Below are positions 50,700-62,384 of a DNA stretch of 64,000 nucleotides, one piece after another (positions within the stretch are counted from its first letter, which is position 1; the number at the start of each line of letters is the position of its first letter). Source of the DNA: Anthoceros angustus (taxonomy: Eukaryota; Plantae; Anthocerotophyta). The notes beneath the pieces are model-generated. The model did no database searches, was not told the DNA's origin, and saw only the letters and a list, made by a program, of their open reading frames with translations. The stretch lies in the NCBI GenBank assembly GCA_010909165.1, contig VJWM01000134.1:620001-684000 (forward strand), read 5' to 3'. The translations under genes were made by a program, and so were the position numbers.

Positions 50700-52197
50700 G
50701 CGTGGGAAGTGGGTACTGGAGGTAGTAGAGGTTGAAGGATTGGCTGGTATGTACAAGGAATTTGTTTTTTGTAAGCTTGACAATCACGATGGTGGTCCGC
50801 ATGCCTTGAGGGAGAAGGAGAAGGAGACTCTGAGGTGGGAATCGGGAGGCTGGTGGGCTGGATGCCATGCACGGCTTGGGCAAGGGATGCTAGAGTGCAA
50901 AGGAGCTGGGCAGGCACGTCGCGATAGTCCTCGCTGCGATGAGGAGCGTGGAGGATTTGCGGACGGCGAACTTGACGATCGAGATTGGAACTCCGGCAGT
51001 TACCATGGTTTTTGAGCCTGCACTGTTTGGGAGCCTGTTCGACATTGTAGTTGTGGAGAAGGAAGCAGCATTTGGGGCGCAGCAAAATTCTTCTGAGAAA
51101 GAAAGGAGAATTGGCGGCAATCTCCGGCAGCTGATAGAGAGGGAGCTAGATTACGTCGCGTGTTCAGGCTGGGGATTCAAGACTTGCGTGTGGACAGTTG
51201 GGTCGGAGTGGGAGCCCTTTCACATGTGCATCTGGACTGGTCCGCAGAAGTGTCTGAGGAACGTGGTGGTAACTCCTTCCCGTCTTGTGGGAAACATGAG
51301 CATTGTGCAGAAGGATGTCGATGGGGCAAACTTCTTCGGATACCAGCACAGGCTTCCCTTCGTCTACAATAGAACTGAGCACTTTGTGTGCTATCTTGAT
51401 TTCAACCTGACGGATGAGGGCGTGTTCCAAGTTCTAGAGGCGTGTGACTTGATTGTCCGAGCATGCCACACGATGGGGGGGCGCCGCGGGTATGCGCTGG
51501 TGGCAGGAAGGTCACATGCATTTTTGTTTCCTCCGCGCATTGTCAAGCATCCACTGAAGATTGAGGTAAGGCAAGCTGTTTTTATGTTTCCCGGGCTTGC
51601 AAGGCGAGCGGAGTCCGAGGATTGAGAGGGGGCTGCAATGGAGGACAGGAGAGAGGAGGCACCGGTTGGTGGCAGTGGGTGGACGGCCTATCGTCTGTTT
51701 GAGGTGGGTGGGAGGGCCCGCCATACGCCGCCTGGGAAGTGCGGTAATGGGGACGATGCGGTCGGGTCGGTGCACTCCGGCTGCGGAGCTGGAGCTGGGC
51801 GCTAAGGGGGTTCACTAGTTTTGGACTGGTTTGATGTTGGGTTTGATTGTTGAAAATTGTTTTGGTCAATGAAAGGAACTCGGATTCATCCTAAATTTTG
51901 CGAGCTTGTTGTTCTGAATGTGGGGAATCTGGTAGTGTAGTTTGCTCAACGAGCAAGTATGTACACATTGGTAGGTAAAGAAAGATGCTCACCTCACGTT
52001 GGTGCCCAAGGCGGATCGAACTGGCTATGGAAATTTGAGCATGTTCACTGAGCGGATGGTGCTTTTTTCTGAACATATGGTTGGAAAGATGATGTCATCA
52101 TGATAATTGTGGTGTGAAGAACATTGCAGTCAGATTTTCCTATAATTAGTAATTCATAATAACAGCAAAAACGCCAAAAATAGAGCAAAAAGGCAGC

Positions 52198-52214
52198 CGG
52201 CCTTCTGGGGTTAA
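52198..52214 (-). mobile_element. Candidate piggyBac-type right terminus (CGGCCTTCTGGGG|TTAA)
   Basis: GGG followed by TTAA is the piggyBac right-end signature. Lies downstream of the transposase and matches 9965-9981 in inverted orientation. Confidence 0.4.
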
Positions 52215-52535
52215 GGATAGAGAAGATCCGGGCTGCGCATGGAGGGGGATGGAGCCGAGCGAAGGAGGATCCCGGATTTGTGGTGCCCGTTTTTATGTCC
52301 GCCATAACTGGTGGAGCGTTTGGGTGGTGTGCTCTGCGAACTGTGTGATATGAAGTCTGAGGTGGTGGGAAGAGTTTGAGTAAGCGGCTCCTTGGGGGCC
52401 TTCACTTTGTTCCTTTTTCTGTGATTTGTGCTGGCCACGATGTGTCGGCCCGGCCTGCTTGGTTTCCCGACTCTGTCTGACCCCTGTCTTTGCTCCTGGT
52501 AAGCTGTACGATCACATCCATCTAAAAAGTGCTGT

Positions 52536-52569
52536 ATAAATTCCTCTTAAAAAAAGAGGCTTGCACGTG
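52536..52569 (+). promoter_or_regulatory. TATA-like TATAAA and G-box CACGTG upstream of the ATPase ATG
   Basis: TATAAA at about 52536 and CACGTG at 52564-52569, within 50 bp of the ATG at 52585. Confidence 0.35.
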
Positions 52570-52584
52570 TGGCGGGGCGACGAC

Positions 52585-55500
52585 ATGGATGCGTCAGTTG
52601 CCACGGGCTGCCGGTGTCTCTCCGTTGCGGTAGGTGCAATGCTATTAAGATGGAATTAGGTCAAGATGGATCTACTAGCGTAAGTTTTCAGTAGAGCAGG
52701 CAAGAATGAAAATTTGAGAGCCTCTACGATGCATCGTTTAAGGGCGGCACACAGGCCCGAGTATCCGGGAATGGCAGTCAAGCTTCGTGTTTCCGCTTCC
52801 TGAGAGAATGCCATCTGCTTACCACCACCAACGATTGCATTTCGCAGCATACTGTCTTGTTACATGCCCACTGTAGAGCTGAGCTCTTGCGTGTAGGCTG
52901 TGAGGCCTAAGGCGTGCATAAGATTTGCTAACATGAGTTTTGCTGCATTGCGCATTGCAGAAGGAGCACAAGGGTGATCGTCTCGTGGTGCTTGAAGATG
53001 GAAGAATTACCTCGGTTATGTCGCTACCACCTCGGGTGTCAGTGGAGGGCAAAGATGCAGACTTGTTGCAGGACAAATGCTGCGAGAACTCAGGCCGTGC
53101 TCAAGCGCAAGTTCATCGTGGAGAGATCACCGAGGATGTACTGCTGGACCTGGTACAGAGCCATTGATCAAGCTTCATTGTCTTATTCGCTATTTTGTAT
53201 CACATCTGGTTCCAGCGATCTCTTGAGTTGATCTGTCTCCCTTGTTGTTGGTGAGCTGTGTTCAGTGCATGGAGGAGGCTTGCTGCATCCTTCCAATGGC
53301 AACTTGGGATGTGGCAACGTTCCCCCTCGTGGATCCATTTCATGGGCAAGACCATGAGCATCGGGATGGCTGTGGGCACAGCCAAGTGGTGCATGGGGAT
53401 CACAATGACTGGCTGATCCCTCAAAGCGATGGCTCATTTCTCCTCAGTCATGCAGACACGACAGGTCAGTTTCATGAACATGGACGGCTGGTTAAGGTTG
53501 GTGAACTGGAAAGCATGCCCAAGCAACGCAAATCTCTCTTTACCTTAAAGAGTCCCATCAAGGATGGGTATGCACCACTTTCTCCAAAGGAGGAACCGTG
53601 GCAAGTAGTTGCAAGTACAGTGGAAAAGAATGCAGCTCAGTTTGCTGGCAGGGTTCTACGTTCTGGACGGCCGGAGGACATGGTGATAGTTGCCATGCCT
53701 GAGGATGTTAAGCCGGTTCTTGCAAAGACAGTTCTCAACGTTATGGCTATGTGCTGCCCTGCTGAGGTTCAGCTCATCAGGAAAATATTGGAGCCGTTGC
53801 CAGGAGTTGCGGACGTTTCTGTCAACTTCACCGCTAGAACAGCAACAGTGCTCCATGATGTGAATTTAATCTCTGAAGGACGAGTATGTAAGTAAGCGGC
53901 ACGCAAAGACTCAACTCTAGCTAACCTTCTGAGACGTAACGCATTGTAGACTTGGTTGTTCGTTTAATGTGTTTTACATTCTGTGCACGCACGTGCAGTG
54001 AAGCTTCTCAACCATGCAAGACTGGAAGCCAGCATAAAGCGAAGAGGAGAAGAGATCATCACTAGCAAGTGGCCTAGTCCATGGACAATGGCTTCTGGTG
54101 TCCTCTTGGCCATCTCTTTGTTCCATTACATATTCAGTCCGTTGCGATGGGTAGCTCTTGGTTGTATAGCAATTGGCCTTCCCCCTATGCTGCTCCGGAG
54201 TATGGTTGTGCTGAGAAGCTGTCACCTGGACATCAACGTGCTCATGGCAATTTCAGGTACACATCATGTGAATTGATCTGCTCCTCTCCCTTCTCCCCTT
54301 GATAAATACGAGTGTCCACAGGACATTTGCTTAGAAGCTTTGCAATTGTGCTGCAGTGGTGGGCGCAGCAGCTTTGGAAGATTTCGTAGAAGCTGGAACA
54401 ATCACCTTTCTTTTTTCCGTTGCTGGTTGGCTGGAGTTACTTTCTGGTGAAAAGGTGAGATAAGACGGTAATGCAGTTTAAAGTCAACGTCAGTCCAATC
54501 TCCCTAACAATGTACTGAAGCGCACAGGCACGAAAGGCAATTGGTTCTATTCTGAGTCTTGCACCTCAAACTGCTGTGCTGTCGGATACTGGGCTTCAAG
54601 TGAAAGTGGAGGAAGTGAAGGTGGGGACGAGTATTGCTGTTAAAGCTGGAGAGCTCATCCCACTGGATGGGGTGGTCATATCAGGGAAGAGCTCTGTGGA
54701 TGAGAGTAGTTTAACTGGTGAATCACTACCTGTAGAGAAAGAGGCAGACTCAAGTGTTTGGGCAGGAACTGTCAACCTTTCAGGTATGTTGGTCTACCAG
54801 GGTTTCCTGTCATAACGGAGTTAATCTCTACTGCAGCTCATGCAAAGACGTGGATGCAGGGTACATAAGCATGAAAACAACAGCTCTTGCTGAGGACTCG
54901 ACAGTGGCCAGAATGATTAGGCTGGTTAAAGAAGCCCAGAGTGCACGGTCTCGTACTGAACAGTATGTGAACAAATTTGCAAAGTACTTCACACCAGGTA
55001 CGTTGAGTGAGACCCAACGATCTGGTGAGAGCTTGCTGTCTAATATGCTTAGAAATGATTCTGACATACAGGTGGTTTGCAGCTGTAGTACTAGCTGCTG
55101 TGCTGGTTGCAGTAATCCCAGCAGCTATTGGTGTACAAAACATGAGGCACTGGTTTTATTTGGCTCTTGTCATTCTCGTGGCAGCCTGCCCATGTGCCTT
55201 AGTGGTTTCAACTCCAGTAACCACCACTTGTGCTCTTGCCCGAGCTGCCAAAGCTGGGCTTGTTATCAAGGGTGGAGCTTACTTGGAGGCACTTGGAGGT
55301 ATGAAGTACGTTGCCATTGACAAGACCGGAACTCTTACAGAAGGACATTTCCATGTCCTAGGTATCGAGTCAGTCGACAAGCAAGCAGATACTGATCATA
55401 TCTTGTACTGGTGAGTTGTTTAATCACATGGCAGCCTGCTTGTAGACCTGCAAAGGTTGCAGATCAGATTTTGTTCTTAGAGTTGAAGTTTTTGGTTTTT

Positions 55501-57755
55501 TTTTTAGGATGGCCTCTGTTGAGAACAAGGCGAGCCATCCAATGGCAGCAGCAATTGTGGCTCATGCTCGGATGCATAAAGTACAAATCTCCGATGATGT
55601 AGTCGATTTTCAACTTTTGGAAGGAGAAGGAGTATCTGCTGTAGTTGATGGTCGCCTTGTAAGCATCGGAAATGCACGGCTAGCATCTCGATTTGGCTGG
55701 CTTGAAGGTAAAACCTGTGGGTCAGAGCACGCATACGAGCAGGTTCATGCGAGACGGTAGCAGGGCCATGCTAACACGACATTTCACTATCTAAGGGCCT
55801 TTCTATTTCCGTGTTGCAGATACCCTGGCTGTGCCCATCTTGGATGAGTGGAAAAAAGAAGAGGCAACAATAGGCTGGATAGGTGTTGACGAAAAGTTGG
55901 TAGGTTTATTTTGTGTGGGTGATGAAGTAAGACCGGAGGCCGCAGAAGCAGTTTCAGATCTGAAGGTGCGTTGTAGCAGTTGGTGCAGTTGCTTATGTCG
56001 GAACTTGCAGGTGTTTGCTGATGAGCTCTGTATATGGTTCGCAGAAAGCAGGCATTTCAGTGGCAATACTGACTGGTGACAGTGAAGCAGCTGCCCAAGC
56101 AGTTCGTAAAAAGGTGAGAATCTTTCTAGACAGTACATGTTTGTCCTGTAAGTTGAGTCATCGACTTAAAGTGGTGTGAGGCACTGACCTGATGTGTAAT
56201 GCAGATAGGTGAAGTGGATGTCCATGCGCAGCTGCTACCTGGCGACAAAGTCAGACTGGTGAAAGAGATGATGACCAAGGGAATGACAGGAATGATTGGG
56301 GATGGCATCAATGACGCTCCGGCACTGGCAACTGCCGATATTGGAATTGCAATGGGAGTTGCTGGCTCCGCGGTTGCTATGGAAACTGCACATGTATCAT
56401 TGATGACAAATGACCTGACGAAGGTAGCAGGGGCGGTACTCCTGGGACAGGCGTGTCGGAGGAAGATACAGCTGAACATCTTCCTGGCACTCTTCACGAA
56501 GGCAGTCGTTTTGGGGCTAGCTCTTGGTGGATATGCTGCTCTTTGGGCTGCGGTAGTTGCAGACGTCGGTACTTGCCTTTTGGTGACGTTTAACAGCATG
56601 CGGTTGTTGAAGTGGAACAAATTTCAACGGCGGGAGTTAGGTGAGGACGACAAAGTGGGGGCACGAAGGATGATGAATTTTTTCCAAAAGGCCAAGTCAC
56701 AGAGACTCGGTGCCAACTGCAATGAGGCATGCTGTACTCCAGGTCTGGAGAGGGGTTCCGATGAGCGGTTGCCGTGCTGCACTTATGACGAAGAATTGGG
56801 CACAGTGGTTTGTCAGCCTTCAGGCCCGTCTGGTGACACCATGAGGAGAAGGATTGGCGTCAAGGAGGCATGCGCAAGCAGCAAACATTTGCTACCAATT
56901 TCCTCCTTGGGAGCCGAGAGGGTCAAGACCACATGTTGCAGTGAAAGCTTTGCAGCTGCCACCCCGTTGGAAGCAAATGTCAGTGCCTGTTCAAAGCAGT
57001 GCTGTGGGTCTGCTTCCGCTGCTCCGGTGCCAGTGCCGGTACTAAAGCCAGCGACATGTGCCAAGAAATGCTGCGCAGAGCAGAAACCTGTCGGTGACAC
57101 TGCAACTCCAGTCCCTCAAACTGAGAAGGCTTGTTCCAAGGGATGCTGCGGGGGGAAGAAACCAGCTCCAGTGGCAGAGGGTGCCAACCATTGCTCAGCA
57201 AACGTCAGTGCCTGTTCGAAGCAATGCTGTGGGCCTGCTTCCGCTCCACCGACGCCAGTGCCGGTACTAAAATCAGCGGCATGTGTCAAGAAATGCTGCG
57301 CAGAGCACAAGCCTGTCGGCGACACTGCACCACCCCCAGTCCCTCAAACTGAGAAGCCTTGTTCCAAGGCATGCTGCGGGGAGAAGAAACCATCTCCGGT
57401 GGCAGAGTGTACCGACACTCGTTCGAAAAAATGCTGTGCGGGGAATCCCTTTCTGGTGGCAGACAGTGGCAAGGCTTGTGCTAAACAGTGCTGTGAGGAG
57501 AAGAAGCCCGTGGAGGTGGCCACTGCGTGTCCGGCTAAACATCCTGGAACAAAGCTGGTGGAAGATGGCAAGGTCACTAAGACGTGCTGTGGGCACAAGA
57601 AGCCTGTTTTGGTGGCAGAGAATGTTAAGTCCTGCTGCGATGAAGAAAAGCCCGTTGTGGTGGCCACTGCTTGTCATACGAAACAGTGTGGAACAGAGAC
57701 GGTGGAAGGTGGGCAGAAGAAATGCTGTGGGCACAAGAAGCATATCTTGCACTGA
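52585..57755 (+). CDS. HMA2: P1B-2 heavy-metal (Zn/Cd) transporting ATPase, HMA2/3/4-like, multi-exon
   Basis: Metal-binding domain [41 protein letters not shown] and DVG residues, Cys-pair C-terminal tail. In-frame upstream exons at 52585-52629 and 52961-53151 (start exon less certain). Confidence 0.93.
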
Positions 57756-60403
57756 GTGTTAAAGACCTGCTGTGAGGAGATGAAGCCTGTTGCGGTGGCA
57801 AACGATGCCAATTAGAAGGGATGTACGGCAGGACAAATGTACATCGTGAATGCTTTGTGAGGCTACCTTAGGTAGGTGTTGTAAAGCCTTTCCTCCGTTC
57901 TCGCTGGAACTAGGCATACGTACCGTACCTAGGTAGGTACCCAATAAGGCCTGTATCAGAATCGCTATAAATCCTAACAAGGCTTGTATTTCGAAGCCCG
58001 AATGACCTAAGCAAAGACAGTGAGAAGGCCACACTGGTGTGTTGCGATGGCGCGTTATGACAGAGCGATCACGGTATTTTCTCCAGATGGCCATCTCTTC
58101 CAGGTGGAGTACGCACTGGAGGCAGTGCGGAAGGGAAACGCGGCTGTGGGAGTGCAGGGGCACTGATAATATTGTTCTAGGAGTGGAGAAGAAGTCCACG
58201 GCCAAGCTGCAGGATGCCAGGTCTTGGTTGCTTGTGGCATCGGTTTCGTGGCTTACGTTGCGAATGGTGGTCTTTTGAGGGCTACCTTGGAGCGTTGTTG
58301 AGCTGAGCTGACGTGATTTGCAGGGCAAGAGCGTGCACACAAGAGCTGGTCACTCATGACCTAATTGTTTGTGGTTTTCAGGACTGTGCGGAAAATTCTG
58401 AGACTGGACGAGCATATTTCACTGGCTTTTGCCGGATTGACAGCAGACGCTCGTGTTCTGGTAAATAGGGCTCGTGTTGAGTGCCAAAGCCACAGACTGA
58501 CAGTTGAAGACCCGGTGACAGTGGAGTATATCACTCGCTTCATCGCAGGTTTGCAGCAGAAGTACACTCAGAGTGGAGGTGTGCGGCCGTTTGGAATTTC
58601 CACCTTGATCGTTGGATTCGACCCGTATACCAAAGTGCCTTCCCTCTACCAGACAGATCCGTCTGGGACTTTTTCTGCATGGAAGGCTAATGCTACGGGC
58701 AGAAACTCCAACTCGGTGCGGGAATTTCTGGAGAAGAACTACACCGAGACATCAGGGGCGGAAACTGTGAAACTGGCTGTTCGAGCTCTTCTCGAGGTAT
58801 GTAGGGGAAGTTTGGAGGAGTAACGTGTCCGTAAGTCTTCGTACTAAAATCAGCGGCATGTGTCAAGAAATGCTGCGAGCACAAGCCTGTCGGCGACACT
58901 GCACCACCCCAGTCCCTCAAACTGAGAAGCCTTGTTCCAAGGCATGCTGCGGGAGAAGATCTCCGGTGGCAGAGTGTACCGACACTGTTCGAAAAAATGC
59001 TGTGGGGAATCCCTTTCTGGTGGCAGACAGTGGCAAGGCTTGTGCTAAACAGTGCTGTGAGGAGAAGAAGCCCGTGGAGGTGGCCACTGCGTGTCCGGCT
59101 AAACATCCTGGAACAAAGCTGGTGGAAGATGGCAAGGTCACTAAGACGTGCTGTGGGCACAAGAAGCCTGTTTTGGTGGCAGAGAATGTTAAGTCCTGCT
59201 GCGATGAAGAAAAGCCCGTTGTGGTGGCCACTGCTTGTCATACGAAACAGTGTGGAACAGAGACGGTGGAAGGTGGGCAGAAGAAATGCTGTGGGCACAA
59301 GAAGCATATCTTGCACTGAGTGTTAAAGACCTGCTGTGAGGAGATGAAGCCTGTTGCGGTGGCAAACGATGCCAATTAGAAGGGATGTACGGCAGGACAA
59401 ATGTACATCGTGAATGCTGTGAGGCTACCTTAGGTAGGTGTTGTAAAGCCTTTCCTCCGTTCTCGCTGGAACTAGGCATACGTACCGTACCTAGGTAGGT
59501 ACCCAATAAGGCCTGTATCAGAATCGCTATAAATCCTAACAAGGCTTGTATTTCAGCCCGAATGACCTAAGCAAAGACAGTGAGAAGGCCACACTGGTGT
59601 GTTGCGATGGCGCGTTATGACAGAGCGATCACGGTATTTTCTCCAGATGGCCATCTCTTCCAGGTGGAGTACGCACTGGAGGCAGTGCGGAAGGGAAACG
59701 CGGCTGTGGGAGTGCGGGGCACTGATAATATTGTTCTAGGAGTGGAGAAGAAGTCCACGGCCAAGCTGCAGGATGCCAGGTCTTGGTTGCTTGTGGCATC
59801 GGTTTCGTGGCTTACGTTGCGAATGGTGGTCTTTTGAGGGCTACCTTGGAGCGTTGTTGAGCTGAGCTGACGTGATTTGCAGGGCAAGAGCGTGCACACA
59901 AGAGCTGGTCACTCATGACCTAATTGTTTGTGGTTTTCAGGACTGTGCGGAAAATTCTGAGACTGGACGAGCATATTTCACTGGCTTTTGCCGGATTGAC
60001 AGCAGACGCTCGTGTTCTGGTAAATAGGGCTCGTGTTGAGTGCCAAAGCCACAGACTGACAGTTGAAGACCCGGTGACAGTGGAGTATATCACTCGCTTC
60101 ATCGCAGGTTTGCAGCAGAAGTACACTCAGAGTGGAGGTGTGCGGCCGTTTGGAATTTCCACCTTGATCGTTGGATTCGACCCGTATACCAAAGTGCCTT
60201 CCCTCTGACAGATCCGTCTGGGACTTTTCTGCATGGAAGGCTAATGCTACGGGCAGAAACTCCAACTCGGTGCGGGAATTTCTGGAGAAGAACTACACCG
60301 AGACATCAGGGGCGGAAACTGTGAAACTGGCTGTTCGAGCTCTTCTCGAGGTATGTAGGGGAAGTTTGGAGGAGTAACGTGTCCGTAAGTCTTCATGCTA
60401 AAA
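57264..60403. repeat. Tandem duplication, period about 1577 bp (ATPase tail plus most of the proteasome gene)
   Basis: 57264-58840 recurs as 58841-60403. Junction on T(A/G)CTAAAA. Confidence 0.9.
58047..58796 (+). pseudogene. Proteasome alpha-4 subunit, first copy lacking the last exon (probably an assembly duplicate)
   Basis: [23 protein letters not shown]. 1-bp insertion near 58156. Truncated by the duplication junction. Confidence 0.8.
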
Positions 60404-60585
60404 CCGTTATGCGCTCTACCCAGGTTGTGGAAAGCGGCGGAAAGAACATAGAGATTGCCGTGATGACCAAGGAGACAGGTTTGCGGCTGCTTGAAGAGTC
60501 TGAGATCGAAGAGATAGTCGCTGGCATAGAGGCAGAGAAAGCAGCTGCCGAGGCTGCCAAGAAGGGTCCACCAAGAGACACTTAA
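59607..60585 (+). CDS. PAD1: 20S proteasome subunit alpha type-7 (alpha-4), three exons
   Basis: [77 protein letters not shown] 4-nt gap near 60206 is intact in the other copy. Confidence 0.92.
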
Positions 60586-62384
60586 GACCTTTCTTGCCCC
60601 TCAGGCGTATCACACAAGCCCAAGGCCGGAGTTGGAGCTTCCTTGCTCCATTTTCATATCTAGACTTCTCGATTGCCCCCTCCATGCAACCAAGACGTCT
60701 ACTCGCGTCCGTTTACCGTCCAACTCCATAATTTCTTTCCTAGTCAGGCCATTCCATAGCCAGCGGTACAATGTTAACATTAACCTGCATCAATCTGCTG
60801 GTAAATGAACTTGTTCATATTTGGCGGTCCAGGTTCCCGATTAGCGATCAGCACATATGTGTATGCACAAATGACATACATATGACATGTATGTACATAC
60901 ATATGTGCATCCAGGGATGAGTTGACCTCGTGCGGCCGTGCCGCGTTGGAAAAGAGTGCAATAGCGCACATGTTTTGTGTGCGGTAGACAAGGCCAGCGG
61001 AACACGGAAGATAATTGACCACATGACCACATGCGAAATAAAGCGCCTCGCAGCCGCCTCGTGAAGCTCGTTGTCGTTGTTGTCGGCCAGCAGGAAAACG
61101 TTGTTGGAGGCGCCGAGTCCCCCATTGCCGCGTCCCAGAGGGCAGAGCCGAGTGCTGAGCCCGTCGCTGCTGTCGCTGCTGTCGCTGCTCTTTGCTCTTT
61201 GCTCTCATCAGCTCTTTGTTTCCCAAGCCTGTCAGTGTGGTGCAGGCCGGGCCGGCGTCGCTCTGCACAGGTATCGCGGCAGCTGCTGGAGACTTGGGAT
61301 GCGAGCTCGGAAATTCTGCACCAGATTGGGACGGAGTCGGAGTCGGAGTCGGAGGCGGTGCAATGCAAAGAAGCGTTCAGAGGAATCGAGCTCTCTTGCA
61401 CTTGCGAGATTTTTGAGGCGATTGCTCCAACTCTCCAGTCCCTCGACTCGGTTCGTACCTGTGGAGGAGTCGGCGACCGCCAGCTTTGTCACTGCCAGCC
61501 TCTTCGCATTCTGCTCCAGGCATACAACGGAGCTAGTTCGAGGATTCCTTTTGAGAGGCGGGGAACCGGGAAGTGGAGACTCTGAGGAGAAGCGGAATTG
61601 CCAGGAGCTGGATTTGACCAGTACAACGAGTGCTCCAGCTGCCTTCGGTTGCAAGAAGTTTCACATTGCTGTGCTGTCAGAGCTCTGACTTGTTTGCGAG
61701 TATGTCCATCGATGTCACCTCCAGTCGGCTTTAGCGGTGCAGATCAGGTGAGAACCGTCGAGTCGGGATGGTTTGATTGCGTGACTGAGAGTAAGCCCTG
61801 GTGAAGTTGCGAATTCGTCCGCTTGTCGTTTAGGTTACAAGTTTGAGCAGGACGATGCAGTAGACTTGAAATTGCAGCCACAGCACGATTGTGAGCCGAG
61901 CCTCCTGGCCCGCAGTGTCTGTCTTTGCTCAGCCTTACCGCTGGCTGAAATTTGAAGATCCACCTGAGCCTGCCGCGTTTGACGACAGCGCTTTAGTTTT
62001 GGTGCAAAGTCTGGTTGAAGTTGCAAGATCCAGCTGCGCATCGTCACCGCGGTGTCCGTCAAGTTGCTTTAGCTCACTCAGTGCGGCTGAAATTTCAACA
62101 TCCAGCTTCAGACGCATGCGTGCCGCTGCAGTGCCCGTATGGAGTCGCAGGCTGAAATTTCAAGATCCAGCTGTCAGTCTCAGTGTGGACTCATGCCTCT
62201 CCATTTGCTTGTGCGCAGTGTCATGTGACAGGCTTCGGGGCCTACAGGCAGGAGAGCTGATGAGAATCGGGACTCCGCCGCTCCGACTCGTTGTTCAAGG
62301 ATTCAACACAGATTAGAGCTTTCTTTCCTCCATTGCACTTGGAGGTGCAGGCACCAGGACTGCTTCCAGCACAGAGCGCGTGAC

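Larger units (their letters stand above)
41990..51625 (+). pseudogene. Intronless ORF of unknown function interrupted by the copia element
   Basis: Removing 42835-50699 and one TSD joins ...SIWRPAR to GKWVLEVVEVE... in frame. After one frameshift near 50930 it continues into the 228-aa ORF ending at 51625. Confidence 0.5.

Noticed and set aside
58047-60585. Two genuine proteasome alpha-4 pseudogenes
   Set aside because: Each copy has a different small indel that the other corrects. One intact gene plus assembly error is more parsimonious.
60851-60908. Small CATATG-rich hairpin
   Set aside because: Short and low complexity; self-complementarity is expected from alternating purine-pyrimidine sequence.
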